Source: Azolla caroliniana
Lineage: Eukaryota; Plantae; Polypodiophyta
DNA: 64,000 bases
Direction of reading: 5' to 3'
NCBI GenBank assembly: GCA_043228905.1
Contig: JBHGNT010000005.1
Location: forward strand, 7,316,001-7,380,000
A model generated the notes under the pieces. It was not told where the DNA came from, searched no databases, and saw nothing but the letters and a program-made list of their open reading frames with translations. Positions 39,285 through 52,494 of the stretch are shown here, piece after piece; position 1 is the stretch's first letter; every line of letters begins with the position of its first letter. The translations under genes and the position numbers were made by a program.

Positions 39285-41419
39285 TATAATGGAACCAAAA
39301 CCGATTAAAATGGTTATCAAGGAAGAAGAGACCTCCCAACAAAGGTGGAGTAATGATACAGCCAATACGAAGGCCCAAGTTCGGTACTACAACACCACGG
39401 GAGAAGGTGTGGAACAATACGTTTTCTCGTCTTGCAAAGAAACAATGATGAAGAATGAAACAAATGAATCGAGGGTGGCAAATGCCACTTCAAGCGAAGA
39501 CAAATGTTTTGAAACACGCATCATGTCTGAAACATCAAGTGATGAAGGTGCAAGCATGAGCAAACCTTGCATGATTAAGGGAGATAAAAAGTGTGAGGCC
39601 AACGTGATTGAGAAGATAGCCATGAAAAATGACATCGAGTTATAGGTGGCTAAGGACGAATCAATGGCGGATGGTCGTGTCAAGACTTTCTCCACACTTC
39701 TTCCAGAGACTTGGGCAGTTGCGTCGAAAAGGCAACGTGAGACCCAAGAGACGGAAAGTGGCGACGAGGAAGTGAAGGCCAAAACTAACACATGCAAAGA
39801 AGAGGGAAGAATAATCGAGGCTTGCTCGATCAAGAGGATTAATGGGTACGAGGCCCATGAGTCTAAAGAAATAGCCATGAAGAATGATGTCAAGCCGAAG
39901 AGGGTAGACGACGATGATGAAGAGACTCTCCCCACAAAGGTTCTTGAGACTTGGGCATTAACTGATGTAAGACCCAAGAGACGGAAGGTAGCGGTGAGGA
40001 AACAAAGATCAACGCCAATGCAAACAACCATAAGTTGGAAGTGGCTAAGGGTAGCACGACAAAGGCAATGCCAATCTACAAAATTCCTCCACACTCATTT
40101 GAGAGACTTGGGCATTAACCGATGTAAGACCCAAGCGACGGACGGTGGTGGCGAGGAAGCAAGGGTTAAAGCCAATGTGTGCAACAAGGATGTAAAGCAA
40201 AACAAAATGGCGAAAGTCCATGCGTGTGACAAAGAGGTCAAGCAAAGCACAAAGACAAAAGCTAATGTGTGCAACAAAGAGACCAAGCAAACCTTAAAAA
40301 ACAAAGATATGGGCCAAGTGGGCCAAGCAGATATGAAAGATGTGATCACAAAATCTAACAAGGATAATACTAGCGTAGAAGTCACAATAAACTCCAAGAC
40401 GAGAGTATACCACAAAAGTGGACAAAGTGGGAAGCATACGATGTGGTCACTTAAGGACCTAGAGAAGAGCATGCCGCTAAAGAACGAATCGCTAAGAGTA
40501 CTCAAGAATAGTATTTTGATAAGGCCTTCGAAAGACATGCGCGGAAATCGGAAATTGGCCGATAAGCAAACGGGAACCGGCCGGAAAGGAAACCGGAACC
40601 GGTCGGTAAGCAAACCGGAACCGGCCAGTCATCAAACTGGAACTGATCGGTAAACAAATCGGAACCGGCCGGTAAGCAAACAGGAATCGGCCGGTATGCA
40701 AACCGGAACCGGTCGGTAAGCAAACTGGAACCAGCCGGTAATCAAATCGAAACCGACGACCAGACGAGCCTGGACGCGGACCAGACGGATTGGATGGGCA
40801 GCGATCGAGACGGACAGATGATAGGATCTTGTCGCTAAATAAAGTAAAGTAAAGAAAACTAAAGTAAAGGTCATGTGGACGGTTGCATGCAACTAAAAAT
40901 GGATGCAACTAAAAGTAGAGGCCATGCAACTAAAAGTGGACATGCAAAGTAACATTGAAGGCTATGATCAACGGGGAACTCCATATAAAATTCCATTTTT
41001 TCCCTACACTCATCCTCTCTCCATTTTTATTTTCTTTTCCTTCTTAGCTCTCTTATCTTATCAAAGCCATAAACCCTAAATTTTCTTACGAAAGTCATAA
41101 ACCCTAATTTTCCTTACGGAAGCCATATCTCTCATAAACCCTAATTTTCTTACGGAAGCCAAAAACCCTAAATTTCCCTACGGAAGCCATATCTTTCAAA
41201 ACTCCTAATTTTTCTTTTCTATTAAACTTAGTAAACCTAAAATTCTTAATCCCATTCTTGGGACATATTGTAATTTCTTTTCCTTTGCTAATGAAAAATT
41301 ATTAAATTTCTTCTTTCCATTAAATGTTAAAAAGATAAACACACGAATGTGATATCCTCTGGTCGGAGGCCCCAGGGTCCTGCCTCAAGTTCACGTATCC
41401 TCGTCGTATTTTCACGACA
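39285..41419 (+). mobile_element. 3' half of pol-less Gypsy-related element B (degenerate repetitive ORF plus 3' LTR portion)
   Basis: ~40600-41419 is the reverse complement of LTR 56536-~57220. Ends TTCACGACA followed by CCGG. aaccgg-rich repeats at 40550-40750 and aaaccctaa repeats at 41070-41200. Confidence 0.75.
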
Positions 41420-42290
41420 CCGGTTGTTCCAGTTTCTCCAAGTATGAGAATCACTCTTTGTGACTCGTCATATGATTCGATGCTCCGGAGTCAACATACC
41501 ACACATCATTCAAATTTGAGGTGCTCTTCTTCATCGAATTTTCCTTGTGCTTCATCACAAAGGTTGGGCCCTTTCCGGTTTTGGGTCCTTCCGACCCTTC
41601 GGCGTAGTGTGATCGCTGTCGATTCTCGTGTTCGGCTTTGCTCGATTTAGATTTATCCAAAACATTTCGGCACTGCCTTGACTTCCCCTACTCATGGAGG
41701 GTCCTGAATTGTTGTCGGCATGTCGAATATGCCTTTGATTTGACTCTTGTCGGCCGCCACCATTGTGTGTTTATCCACTTCATCCACCACCACCACGGGA
41801 CCAATTTGCCTCTGTATCCAACATCCGATTGTCTGATTGTGTGTTCCTTGACACACCCACGTGGTTTTCTTCGACCATAAGCATCGATTGTAGGTCAAAG
41901 AATGACGGTGGTTTCTTCCTTGTGCAAATGGCCATCCGGATTGGCCTGTACCTCTGAGCTAGACCACCGAGGCAAATCTGTACCATCTCGTCCTCGTCTA
42001 CCCTCACGTTGATGGACCCCAATGCGTCACAGATTTCCTTGATTTTGGTGGTGGAGTCGGTCATCGTCATATCCCTCTGTCGGATATTGTAGAGCTCTTG
42101 TAAGAGCTACAACTTCCATGCCATGGTACTTGCGGAGAAAATCTTCTTCAGATTTTCCTAGGCCTCCTTCAATGTCTTTGCATCTAATCCCGAATGTAGC
42201 CCAACATCTAGTCGTGCACACAGGATGCAAGGCAGTACAAGAATCTGCTTGCTGCTTGCTCCACACCGGAAAATCCTTGTGTGTTAATCT
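41420..42290 (-). mobile_element. Copia gag-protease fragment
   Basis: KIKEICDALGSI...QICLGGL (UBN2-type gag) and WYVDSGASNHMT (protease). Confidence 0.85.
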
Positions 42291-42652
42291 TTACAACTTA
42301 GTATCTTCATCAAATCGACTTCAGAATGTCCAAGTCCGACAATTCTTTGTTCATCTAGATGAACTCCAAAGGAAATTTGTTTATCATAATATATATGGAT
42401 GACTTGGCCATTGGAGGAGAGCACATAGCATATATTGAAGATATCAAAAAGCTTCTCTCCGACTTATTCGAAATGAAGGACATGCAGGAGCTCCATTAAT
42501 TCCTAGGTATAGAAGTAATTTGGACTCCATATGGCATCATGATCTCCCAACGACATTATACCCTCAATCTTCTCTTCAAGTTTGGGATGACAAAATGTAA
42601 GCTCATCCCTACCCCTCTCGAATTGAAACTTGAAGCTAGATGCTAACTCTGG
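42290..42652 (+). mobile_element. Copia RT fragment
   Basis: IIIYMDDL, FEMKDM...LGIE and SQRHY remnants, ending KLDANSG at the element A insertion site. Confidence 0.75.
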
Positions 42653-44536
42653 TGTCGTGTTGTTACGCGCGTGCGTGTAGAAAGAGGCGGGACCACGGGG
42701 GTCTTGGACCAAGGAGAGAGAGAGGGAGAGGGAGAGAGAGAGAGAGGGAGAGAGAGAGATACATAGAGAAGAGTTAAGAGCAAGAAAACAAGAACCCAAT
42801 TACTAAAATCAATAGCTTACAACTCGAACAGTTACAACCGGCAACCCGATAATGGGCTCGACACGGGGTCCTACTCACGCACACTGACGATTGCCACACA
42901 ACTCCAGGAACCAAAAGGGGGAGAGCCTTTGCTTGAAGCACACGGGCTGTCAACGAAGCAGAGGTAGTGAACTCCCGATCCCACAGAGACCGACGACCGG
43001 AGGAGGAGAAGAGAGAGCTCGACACTCGGTTTTGCAGCCGCACTTCCTCTTTGCCAACGCGCGATCCCCTCTCTTCCTTCTCTCCTCTCCTTAAATAGTT
43101 CCCAAAAGGGGGTGCCCTTTTTCCCCAGTCAAATCGCTTAATTCCCTGTCCCTTCTGACAGAGATACGCACAATCCCCTAATAAATGTGTACTACTTAGT
43201 ATTTACATCAGCCGATCCATTTATGAATCATGTACAAAATATCAAAATAGCAATTCACGTGTCCATCCGTGTAAGAGCCAGTTCATGCGCCCTTTTCTCT
43301 GATTCCGCCTATGGCCGGTTTTCTTCACGACATCCACCCCCACCAAACCGCGCATCCACCGACATGCGCCAGAGATGGGTAGATACTGAAGAAAACCGGC
43401 TTCACTCGTCGCTCTCTGATTTTCCGCAGGGCCCGAACCGATCATCGTTGTCGCTCCCGCTCACAGGCTCCAGCTCGTCTTCGAACCGCTTCTTGAACGC
43501 TTTGATCCGCTTCCCGGCAACCGGCACTGCTATTCGTGTCCCGTCGAGTTCCGCGAGGTGGTACGTGCCATTGCCGTTCGCGCTCGTCACCGTGTAGGGC
43601 CCGAACCACCTCCTAGCAAACTTCTGCACCGCCTTGTGCTGATTGTCGAGGCTGCTGTCATACACCAAGACCCAGTCGCCTTCCTCGATCTTCTTCGGTT
43701 GCAACCGGTGTGTCTGGTTGAACCGGGTCTTGTTCCTCTCTCTTGCCGCCCACAGCTTTTCCTTCGCCCTCTTTATGTCCTCCGCCTCCGCTCGAGTTGC
43801 CGAATTTGCGCCGCCAGCAACTCCTCCCGGCTCATCTCGTCCTTCCAATCTACCGCCGCCCACGAAGAAACCGTCTGTTCCACCGGCATGATCGACTTCT
43901 GTCCATACATTAGCTCTGCCGGCATAAACCCTGTCACCGAACTGTGCATAGTTCGGTCCGCCCATAGTGCGTAAGGAAGGAGTCACGACCAATTCCCGAC
44001 CTGCCCTCCGCATGCATGCACCAACGCCTTTACGATCGGGCCATGCCCACGTTCTACCTTTCCGTTCGCCTCCGGATTGTATGCCGTAGTGAGGGAGAGT
44101 TTGACCCCTAGCCGGTCGAACAACTCCTCAGCCTCCCTCGCATCCAGCTCTCCCCGGTCCGCCACGATCCTCCCGACGCACCCGTATCGACACACTACCT
44201 CTTCGATCAGGAACCGGCATACCGCTGCGGTTGTCTTGTTCTGCAGTGCACGACCTTCCACCTGGTTCGTTAAGTCTTCTCGCGCAAGCACCAAGTATCG
44301 CATCTGTCCTACTCGCATCGGCATCGTCACCAAGTCTACCACCCACTTGAAATGGACCGTAGGTGGGTAGGTCAGGTGTAGCTCGTCCAGATGTCGGACC
44401 ACAGAGTGCATCTGATAGCTTTCGCAAGTCGTTACGAACCGATGCACGTCCCGGTACAGCCCTGACCACCAGTACTTCTCCTTCAGCTTCTCGAATGTGG
44501 CCCACGTTCCGCGGTGCCCGGCCCAGGGACTCTCGT

Positions 44537-45712
44537 TGTCATGAAGATCCGTCACTACGCGCGGATCGTGAGGCGGAACCGCCGGGGTTCTGGACCGGAA
44601 GGATTCAAAGTCGGTACAAGCTTTGGCGTAAGCTTTAGCGAGAAAGTACTTAAGATAGATTGGGAAAGAGAGAAGTTGAGATCACACGATTGAGAGAGAT
44701 TGATTGAAGTTTTAACTTTAGATTTAAGAAACAAGTTACACGATCAATTTGATAACGAATTTCTTCCTCTTAATTTTCATAAAAAAAACCGTGTTTTTTC
44801 TCCTCCCCCTTCCTTCTTTTATAGATGCTCCCATGCATATGATGCATGTGAGGGTACAAGACATGCATAAATTGCATGTTTGCCATTTGGCGCTTATGTA
44901 TTACATGTGGTGCATGATAACCATGTCACTCATTTTAGCTCTCATGTATGAGAATTTACATGTAAAAAAGTACAATGATAGAAATATAATTTTAACTAAA
45001 TAGCATGGCTTAATGGTAAGCCAATTGACTCCTAACTTGGAGGTGCAAGGTTCGAATCCTTACTTGCCCTCCTTGTAAACATATATATTTATATATTTAT
45101 TTATCTAGTCACCGGACGCCGGTTCGTCGGATTCCGTCGATTACCGGTGCCTTGCCGGATGCCGTCGCCGATTGCCGCCGGATACCGGTGCCGTCGTCGG
45201 ATGCCGTCGGTTACCGGTGCCGTCGTCGGTTGCCGCCGGATGCCATCGTCTCACCGGCGCCGGATGCCGTCGGTTACCGGTGCCTCGCCGGATTGCCGTC
45301 GGATCACCGGCGCCGGATGCCGGTCCGGTTTTGGTTGGCCAAAACCCTTTACGAGTAGCTAGCCCACCTCCACTCTTAGTTCAAGTTACCTTGAACTCTC
45401 TATGCTCCACACATAGACACAAAGATAATATCTTTTGCTCTACCTTATATATGATGAGAGCCATATTTGTCGTGCCTATGTGGGATATCTTACAATTTTC
45501 TCTTTTCCTTTCACAAACTTTATACCCTCATATCTTGACATTTAGTTGTCCGTTTCTCGTGTAATAAAGTGCATTTGAAACCTCCATCATTTTGTACTTA
45601 GATATTAAATTTATTTAAAATGTTATCTTCACAATTATTGTATTATGTGATTCATACTCGATTTCGTATGTTTTATGGGATTTTCACACTATTGCCGAAA
45701 ATCTTCACGATA
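44537..45712. mobile_element. Solo LTR (1,176 bp) inserted in the integrase of element A, 4-bp TSD TCGT
   Basis: Ends TGTCATGAAGAT...ATCTTCACGATA, with TCGT at 44533-44536 and 45713-45716. Removing the insert and one TSD restores ...FHESPWAGHRG. Contains a GC-rich minisatellite at 45110-45330. Confidence 0.85.
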
Positions 45713-47758
45713 TCGTGAAATGCCGCCAGTAGTCCCCCTTGTTCTTCTTTCCTTGCCACTACTCGGAGCGGAATGCCATTTTTCTTCTTTGGGTGCCTCC
45801 ATATACACCCCTCCCGCATGAAGAATCAGTACGCCTTCTTCCGTACCCGGCTCGCCTCTTCTCTCGTCCACGCTGCATCCAGCGTCATCGCCCGTAGGAA
45901 CCTCCCGATTTGGAGCCACTCCCCGTCGTACCTGCTTTCGTCAAATTCGTTAAGTGCTGGAGTGTCCCCTTTCCTCGTCGTTACGTTCGCCGACCCGAAG
46001 AAGTCCTCGCCGACTTCTTCGTCATCCGAAACCATGCCGTCTTCGTCGTTGAACCTTGCTCTCGAAAGCATGTCAACCATGGCGTTATCTTTTCCGGATA
46101 TGTGCCGTATCTCCGGGTTCAGGGACTTAACGTACACTATCCACCGGGGCATTGCTAGGTCCGGCGTCGCGCATCTGGAAACCATCCCGAGTATCGGCAG
46201 GCAGTCTGTCTCAATGATCACCTCCATCCCGATCAGATAGTCCTTTTCGGCCTTGACTGCTAAAACGATACCCCAAAGCTTGCGCTTAACTTGGGCGTAT
46301 CCTCGCTGCCGCTCGCTCAATACCCTCGCCCCGAATTGGATCGGGAACCGTACGCCGTCCTTGTCCTCCTGACTGATTACCCACCCGATCCCGGTCGGGC
46401 TCGTGTCCACCGTCACGCAAATGGGGTCATCCTTGCCGTAAACCGCTTTTCGGAGAGCCGGTGCTACCGTAAGCGCCTCCTTTAGTCTCCGTACCGACTC
46501 GGTGTGCTCCGTCTTCCACTCAAAGCTACGCCCCTTTTTCAATAGTCTGTAGAGGGGTTCCGCGACATGTGCGTAGTGTGGGATCCAGATGTGGTAGAAC
46601 GCGCATGCACGCAAGAATCTGCGGACCTCCGTAACCGACCCGCAATCGTTCCTCATTGCGGAGATGGCCTCTACCTTTGCCGGAGACGATTTTCTATCGT
46701 AAGGCCTGCACAGGTGTCCGACCACCAGGATCTCCGACTGCCCGAATGCCGATTTTTCTCCGGAAAAGGCGAGTCGTGCGTTTTCGAGCCTCTGTAGCAC
46801 CTTCTCGCAGTCGTTGATGTGGTTCACGATGAACCTCTGGCATCCGTCTGTCCTGACATTCTCGTCCGCATCTTCCACCGGACACCCCTTTATCGGGATG
46901 TCGTCCAAGAATGGCATGGTGATGTCCGGGATGAATTCCCTGAGCACCTTGTTCATTGCGTTCACCATATACGCTACCGAATTTGTCCCTCCTTGTGGTA
47001 GGGTACACATTCGTACCAGGCCGAGAGGAGTTTGCATCGTCGTGATATCCTTGCTCTCCACGGCTAGCTGGAACTGGTCATACCCCGAGTATAAGTCACC
47101 GACCGAATAGATCGATCTTCTTGCGAAGGCCTCCGCGAACTCGTCTATGGTCGGTCTGATTCCTGCATTACGGATGGTCACCCTGTTGACTGGTTGCAGG
47201 TCCTGAATGAAGCGTAGCGTGCCGTTCTTCTTCGGCACTGTAAATGTCATGATATGGCAAGACTCGAACCCATGAACTTAAGTTATATGGGTCGAGCTCT
47301 TGACCATTAGACCATCTATTGTAATACGTAGGATATTATTTTCATTTACGTTTTATTATAGGAAATTAGTGTATATTCCAGATTTCTCTGGAACATTCTA
47401 GAAGCTTCAGGATTACTCCTGAAAACACTATAAAAGAGGGCACTAGGCATTATGTTGAACCAAATTGGTTCAACGCCAGTCTTAAGCCTTTTAGCCACCA
47501 TTGTATATTCTCTTCATATAATACATATCTTTCTTATCATCACACACACTCTCTCTCTCGATCTCTCTCTTTCTCTCTGTCTCGCTCACTTCTTCCTTCT
47601 CTCTCGAAGAAGTTCCACAACTCTCATAGTACTAATCCTTCGTTTAGTACTAATTCCTTCTCTGTCTCAGTACTGTTCATGACAGTTTGAACCAATTTCG
47701 CCTACCTTCTGTCTCTCTCATTTCCTACTAATATTTTATTCCTCTTTTCTTTCATCCC

Positions 47759-48910
47759 ATGGCCACTGTTAGCGCTGAAGAATATCAATCAGTTTTCTCG
47801 GAATTTCAATGCTTGAAGGAGAAGTTCCATGCTTTGGAACAAGAAAACCAACGGTTGCTGGGGGATCTTCAACAAATCTCCTTAAAAAAGCAGCAAACGC
47901 AACAACAGCATGGGGAACTTGCGTTACGCCTGCAACAACTCGAAGCCACCATCGTAGCGATGCAACAACAAGGGCCCGGAACACAAGGGATTCATAAAGA
48001 ACCTAAGATTGGCCTTCCCACGAAGTTCGATGGAACGCGATCACAGTTTAGAGGGTTCCTTAACCAGGTACGATTAGTTATTCAAATGCATCCTTCCCGA
48101 TATCCCACCGATGCATCACGAGTGGGTTTAGTAGGCACTTTGTTAAGTGGCTCAGCGTTGTCATGGTTCGCTCCACTATTAGAAAAGGAATCTCCGTTAC
48201 TCAACAATTTTGAAGAGTTTCTAGGTGAGTTTAAAGCATGTTTCGGAGATACTGACAGCATCAGGACCGCAATCAACAAAATCCGGCGATTACGCCAAGG
48301 TGACCGTCCAGCCTCCGCATACGTTGCAGATTTTCGCCTACTCGCCGCCGATATCCCTTGGGATGATCAAGCGTTGATGGAGCAATTCCGTTATGGTTTA
48401 CGCAACGACGTCAAGGATTTACTCTTGACCTTCCCCGAAGAGCCAAAGTCCTTAACAGAAGCAATCAGTCGCGCGGTGAGATGTGACAACCGCCTCTTTG
48501 AGCGACGTTCGGAACGACAGCTACAGATGCCGAGGGCAAGATCAGAGCCAACCTACGCCTCAGTGGTAGCAAGACCTTTTCTGAGGGAGTCATATAATGT
48601 GCCTCCAGCGAATACTCCGACTCCGATGGAGATTGACACTACACGTCGTCGAGGGCCATTATCTGAAGAAGAAAAGCAGCAACGCCATACAAATCGACTA
48701 TGTCTTTACTGCGGTGGACCAGGACATATCACAATAAATTACCCCCATAGGCCAAGAAGACAGGTAAACCAAATAGTCGCTAGTTCTAATTGTACTAAAT
48801 CCAAGCCTATTTCAGTAGGGATATCTGATAGTCATAATAGTACTAATATCCCAGATCTAGCAAACAAATTTGATGTCCTTAGTCAGTTAGAAGAAGAGTT
48901 AAACGACTAA
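47759..48910 (+). CDS. gag: Chromovirus Gag
   Basis: EPKIGLPTKFDGTRSQFRGF, LRQG..ASAY..DF, PTPMEID and a degenerate knuckle CLYCGGPGH. Confidence 0.9.
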   Translation: MATVSAEEYQSVFSEFQCLKEKFHALEQENQRLLGDLQQISLKKQQTQQQHGELALRLQQLEATIVAMQQQGPGTQGIHKEPKIGLPTKFDGTRSQFRGFLNQVRLVIQMHPSRYPTDASRVGLVGTLLSGSALSWFAPLLEKESPLLNNFEEFLGEFKACFGDTDSIRTAINKIRRLRQGDRPASAYVADFRLLAADIPWDDQALMEQFRYGLRNDVKDLLLTFPEEPKSLTEAISRAVRCDNRLFERRSERQLQMPRARSEPTYASVVARPFLRESYNVPPANTPTPMEIDTTRRRGPLSEEEKQQRHTNRLCLYCGGPGHITINYPHRPRRQVNQIVASSNCTKSKPISVGISDSHNSTNIPDLANKFDVLSQLEEELND

Positions 48911-51900
48911 GTCCAGCCAAAATAGGAGCCGTTTGGTTGGACAGCCCTAGATCTGTGCAACCCATTAGTGGTTCCATTCCCTCTAAGCAAGTTAGTGATG
49001 TGTTCGTAGCCCAAGTTATAGTTAGTACTAAAAGTACCCCTCCAGTACATGTCCTAGCACTCCTAGATTCCGGAGCTAACTCTTGCTTTATGGATAAGAA
49101 ATTTGCTCAAGCTCATAAGATATCCCTAAGAAAACTCCAGTGTCCAGCCTTTGTAGTAGTCATTGATGGATGTCCCATTGCTTCCGGAAATATCATAGAA
49201 GAGTCAGAGCCCATTAATATTGTCCTAGATAACGTAGCATGTGTAGTATCATTTAATATTATTAGTATCCCAGAACATCCTATAGTTTTAGGACTACCGT
49301 GGTTCGAGTTACATAACCCACACATAGATTGGAGAACAAGAGAAATCCGGTGTCGACAAACCCAAGGGTCAACTTAGAAGATGGCAACCATTTCGCTACG
49401 TCAGTTGCGTAAAGAAGGGCACAAGGAGGAAATGTTCCTCTTTGCAATATCAGTAAACCCCTCCAGCACCACTAAAGAAGAATCCACCGTTCAACTTCCC
49501 GAGAAGTATCGTCATTACGCCGATGTGTTCGATAAAGTACAAGCCAACACACTTCCTCATCATCGACCGTACGATTGCCCCATCGATTTACAACCGGGAA
49601 AAGAGCCGCCATGGGGACCGATCTACAATTTGTCACCAACCGAGCTGGAAGTCCTTCGGGCCTATATAGAGGAGAATTTGGAAAATGGTTTCATTCGGCA
49701 TTCGAAATCTCCAGCCGGCGCGCCCATTTTCTTCGTCAAGAAAAAAGATGGATCGCTTCGTCTCGTTGTAGATTACCGTGGCTTAAATAAGGTTACAATC
49801 AGGAATAGGTATGCTCTTCCCCTTATCTCAAGTCTTTTAGAACGAATCAATGGTGCCAGGTTCTTCACGAAGATCGACTTACGGGGAGCATATAACCTCG
49901 TACGGATCCGACCAGGAGACGAATGGAAGACCGCGTTTCGCACCAGATATGGGCTCTTCGAGTATACTGTCATGCCGTTCGGCCTCACTAATGCGTCGAC
50001 AGTCTTCCAGCACATGGCTAATGATATATTCCGAGATCTATTGGATGATTGTTTGATCATCTATTTGGATGATCTAGTGGTTTATTCAAAGACCCAAGAA
50101 GAACATGATTCTCATGTACTATTAGTACTAAAACGACTTCGAGAACATGGTCTGTATGCAAAGCTGGAAAAATGTAGTTTCGGGTGCAACCAAGTGGAAT
50201 TTCTCGGCTACATCATTTCGTCAGAAGGCATCTCCATGGACCCAACTAAGGTCAAAACGGTGGTAGAATGGCAGACTCCGCGTTCGGTGTGGGATGTGCA
50301 ATGCCTCTTAGGCTTTGCCAATTTTTACCGGAAGTTCATACAAGATTACTCAAAGATCGTTCTACCTCTCACACAACTTACCAGGAAGGGACAACCGTTC
50401 ATCTGGTCTGAAGAAACGGACATGGCTTTCGAGAGTCTTAAAAAGGCATTTACATCGGCTCCAATTCTAGCTCATGTCGATCTGGAAAAACCATTCATTA
50501 TCGAAGCTGACGCATCGGATTTTGCATTGGGGAGCATTCTGTCACAACAGGGGAATGATGAGAAGCTACATCCTGTGGCTTTTCACTCACGCAAGTTTGA
50601 TGCCACCGAAATCAACTACGAAATTCATGATAAGGAGCTATTGGCAATAGTGGATTCTTTTATGCAATGGAGGCATTTTCTGGAGGGATCCTCTCATCCA
50701 GTCACCGTATTTAGTGACCACAAGAATCTTGCCTACTTTCAGGATGCTCGTGTGTTGAATCGACGTCAAGCTCGGTGGGCCCACTTCGTCACGCGTTTCG
50801 ACTTCAAAATTACATATCGTCCGGGGAAGCACCAAGGGAAGGCAGATGCATTATCACGACGTTCGTATCTAGCACCCCGTCCCAGCGAGCCAACTTTCGA
50901 TAACCAAAAACAAGTCATCTTGGGACCGACACGACTACAAGCAACACAGATCTTTGACATGCCTATGGATTCCCGCGTTATCGATACCATAGGTGAAGAC
51001 TTGAAGACAGATGCGTTCGCCCAAGCTATACTAGCACAAATTGATCCCTCTCGAGCGTCGTGTTCACAGTCGCAACCACCAGGTACGGAATATCGACAAT
51101 TCAAATACCATGATGGATTACTCTTCTTTAAAGAACTTTTGTATGTTCCTAATGGTTCTTGCCGCCTTCGAGTAGTACAAAACTGTCATGACACATATAC
51201 AACTGGGCATTTTGGTAGTACTAAAACATTACATTTAGTACAACGATCATTCTGGTGGCCCTGTATGCGACAATTTGTCGAGGATTTTGTTCGGACTTGT
51301 GATACATGTTGCAGAGCGAAAATGCCAAGGCATCATCCTTATGGTTTATTAGAACCATTACCAATTCCAAGCAAGCCATGGCAATCCATTGCTCTAGACT
51401 TCATCACAGATCTTCCAGTCTCTAAGGGGTTCAATGCGATTCTAACGGTGGTCGATCGATAGACGAAGATGATTCATTTCTTGCCATGTACTAAGGAGAT
51501 CTCCAGTGAAGACACTGCCAAAATTGTCATGCGTGAAGTATGTCGGCATCATGGACTTCCTGATAGTATCATCAGCGACCGTGGACCCCAGTTCGTGTCA
51601 AAATTCTGGAAGCACCTTTTTAACATGCTCAAGGTCACTTGTAACCTCTCCTCCGGCTACCACCCACAAACCGACAGCCAAGCTGAACGAACAAATCAAA
51701 CGCTGGAGCAGTATCTGCGGTGCTTTCTCAGCTATCATCAGGACGACTGGGCAGATATTCTCCACTTCACCGAATTTGCCTATAACAACTCTATCCACGC
51801 ATCCACTAAAGTTACGCCATTTTATGCTTATACGGGATGTCACCCCCAATGGAGTGTACTTGAAACCCCATAGGTGTCCACAAATCCATGCGCGGAGGAT

Positions 51901-52494
51901 CGTTTGGAGCGATTACGCAAGATACAAGCGGATTTATCTACTCATCTCCAGCAAGCTCAACAAACACACAAGGTCTACGCGGATCGTCATCGACTTCCAT
52001 CCAGTTTTAATATTGGAGATCGGGTGTGGCTGCTACGACGACACATCAAGACTACTCGCCCATGTGAGAAGTTGGATTATCGGCGATTAGGTCCTTTCCG
52101 TATTATTGGAAAGATTAATGATGTCGCTTTTCGTCTCGATCTACCTCCTCAACTTCAGATACATCCGGTGTTTCATAGTTCTCTCCTCGAACCCTACCAC
52201 GAGAGCACCATCCTAGGACGTCTTATCCAACCTCCACCCCCGATCGAGCTTGAAGATGGGCCGGAGTACGAGGTTGCCGCCATCCTTGATTCCAAGATTG
52301 TTCGCAACAAGCTCTACTATCTAGTCGATTGGCTAGGCTATAGCCCCAACGAACGTACTTGGGAACCGATCGAGAATGTAACCAATGCTCGTGCTCTTCT
52401 TGAAGACTTCCATCATCAATATCCACACAAACTGGGTCCTCAATCCAAGACGACTCGTGACACTCGTCGTTTTAAAGGGGGGATAATGTCATGA
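48901..52494 (+). pseudogene. pol: Chromovirus pol (PR-RT-RH-INT-chromodomain) with three in-frame TAG stops
   Basis: LLDSGA, YLDD, DASD, HHCC, SDRG, GPF and EYEVAAIL...YLVDWLGY...TWEP. Stops end at 49377, 51462 and 51873, all in one frame. Confidence 0.92.

Noticed and set aside
38939-43094. Inverted LTR pair read as TIRs of a DNA transposon or a DIRS-like element
   Set aside because: It is fully explained by the inversion displacing part of LTR A, and no tyrosine recombinase or transposase lies between them.
45001-45072. Functional tRNA gene
   Set aside because: The acceptor and anticodon stems do not pair convincingly; treated as tRNA-like only.
47452-47682. Duplicated small hydrophobic ORF (also at 52694)
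   Set aside because: It lies in the CT-rich R/U5 part of both LTRs; an artefact of the repeat.
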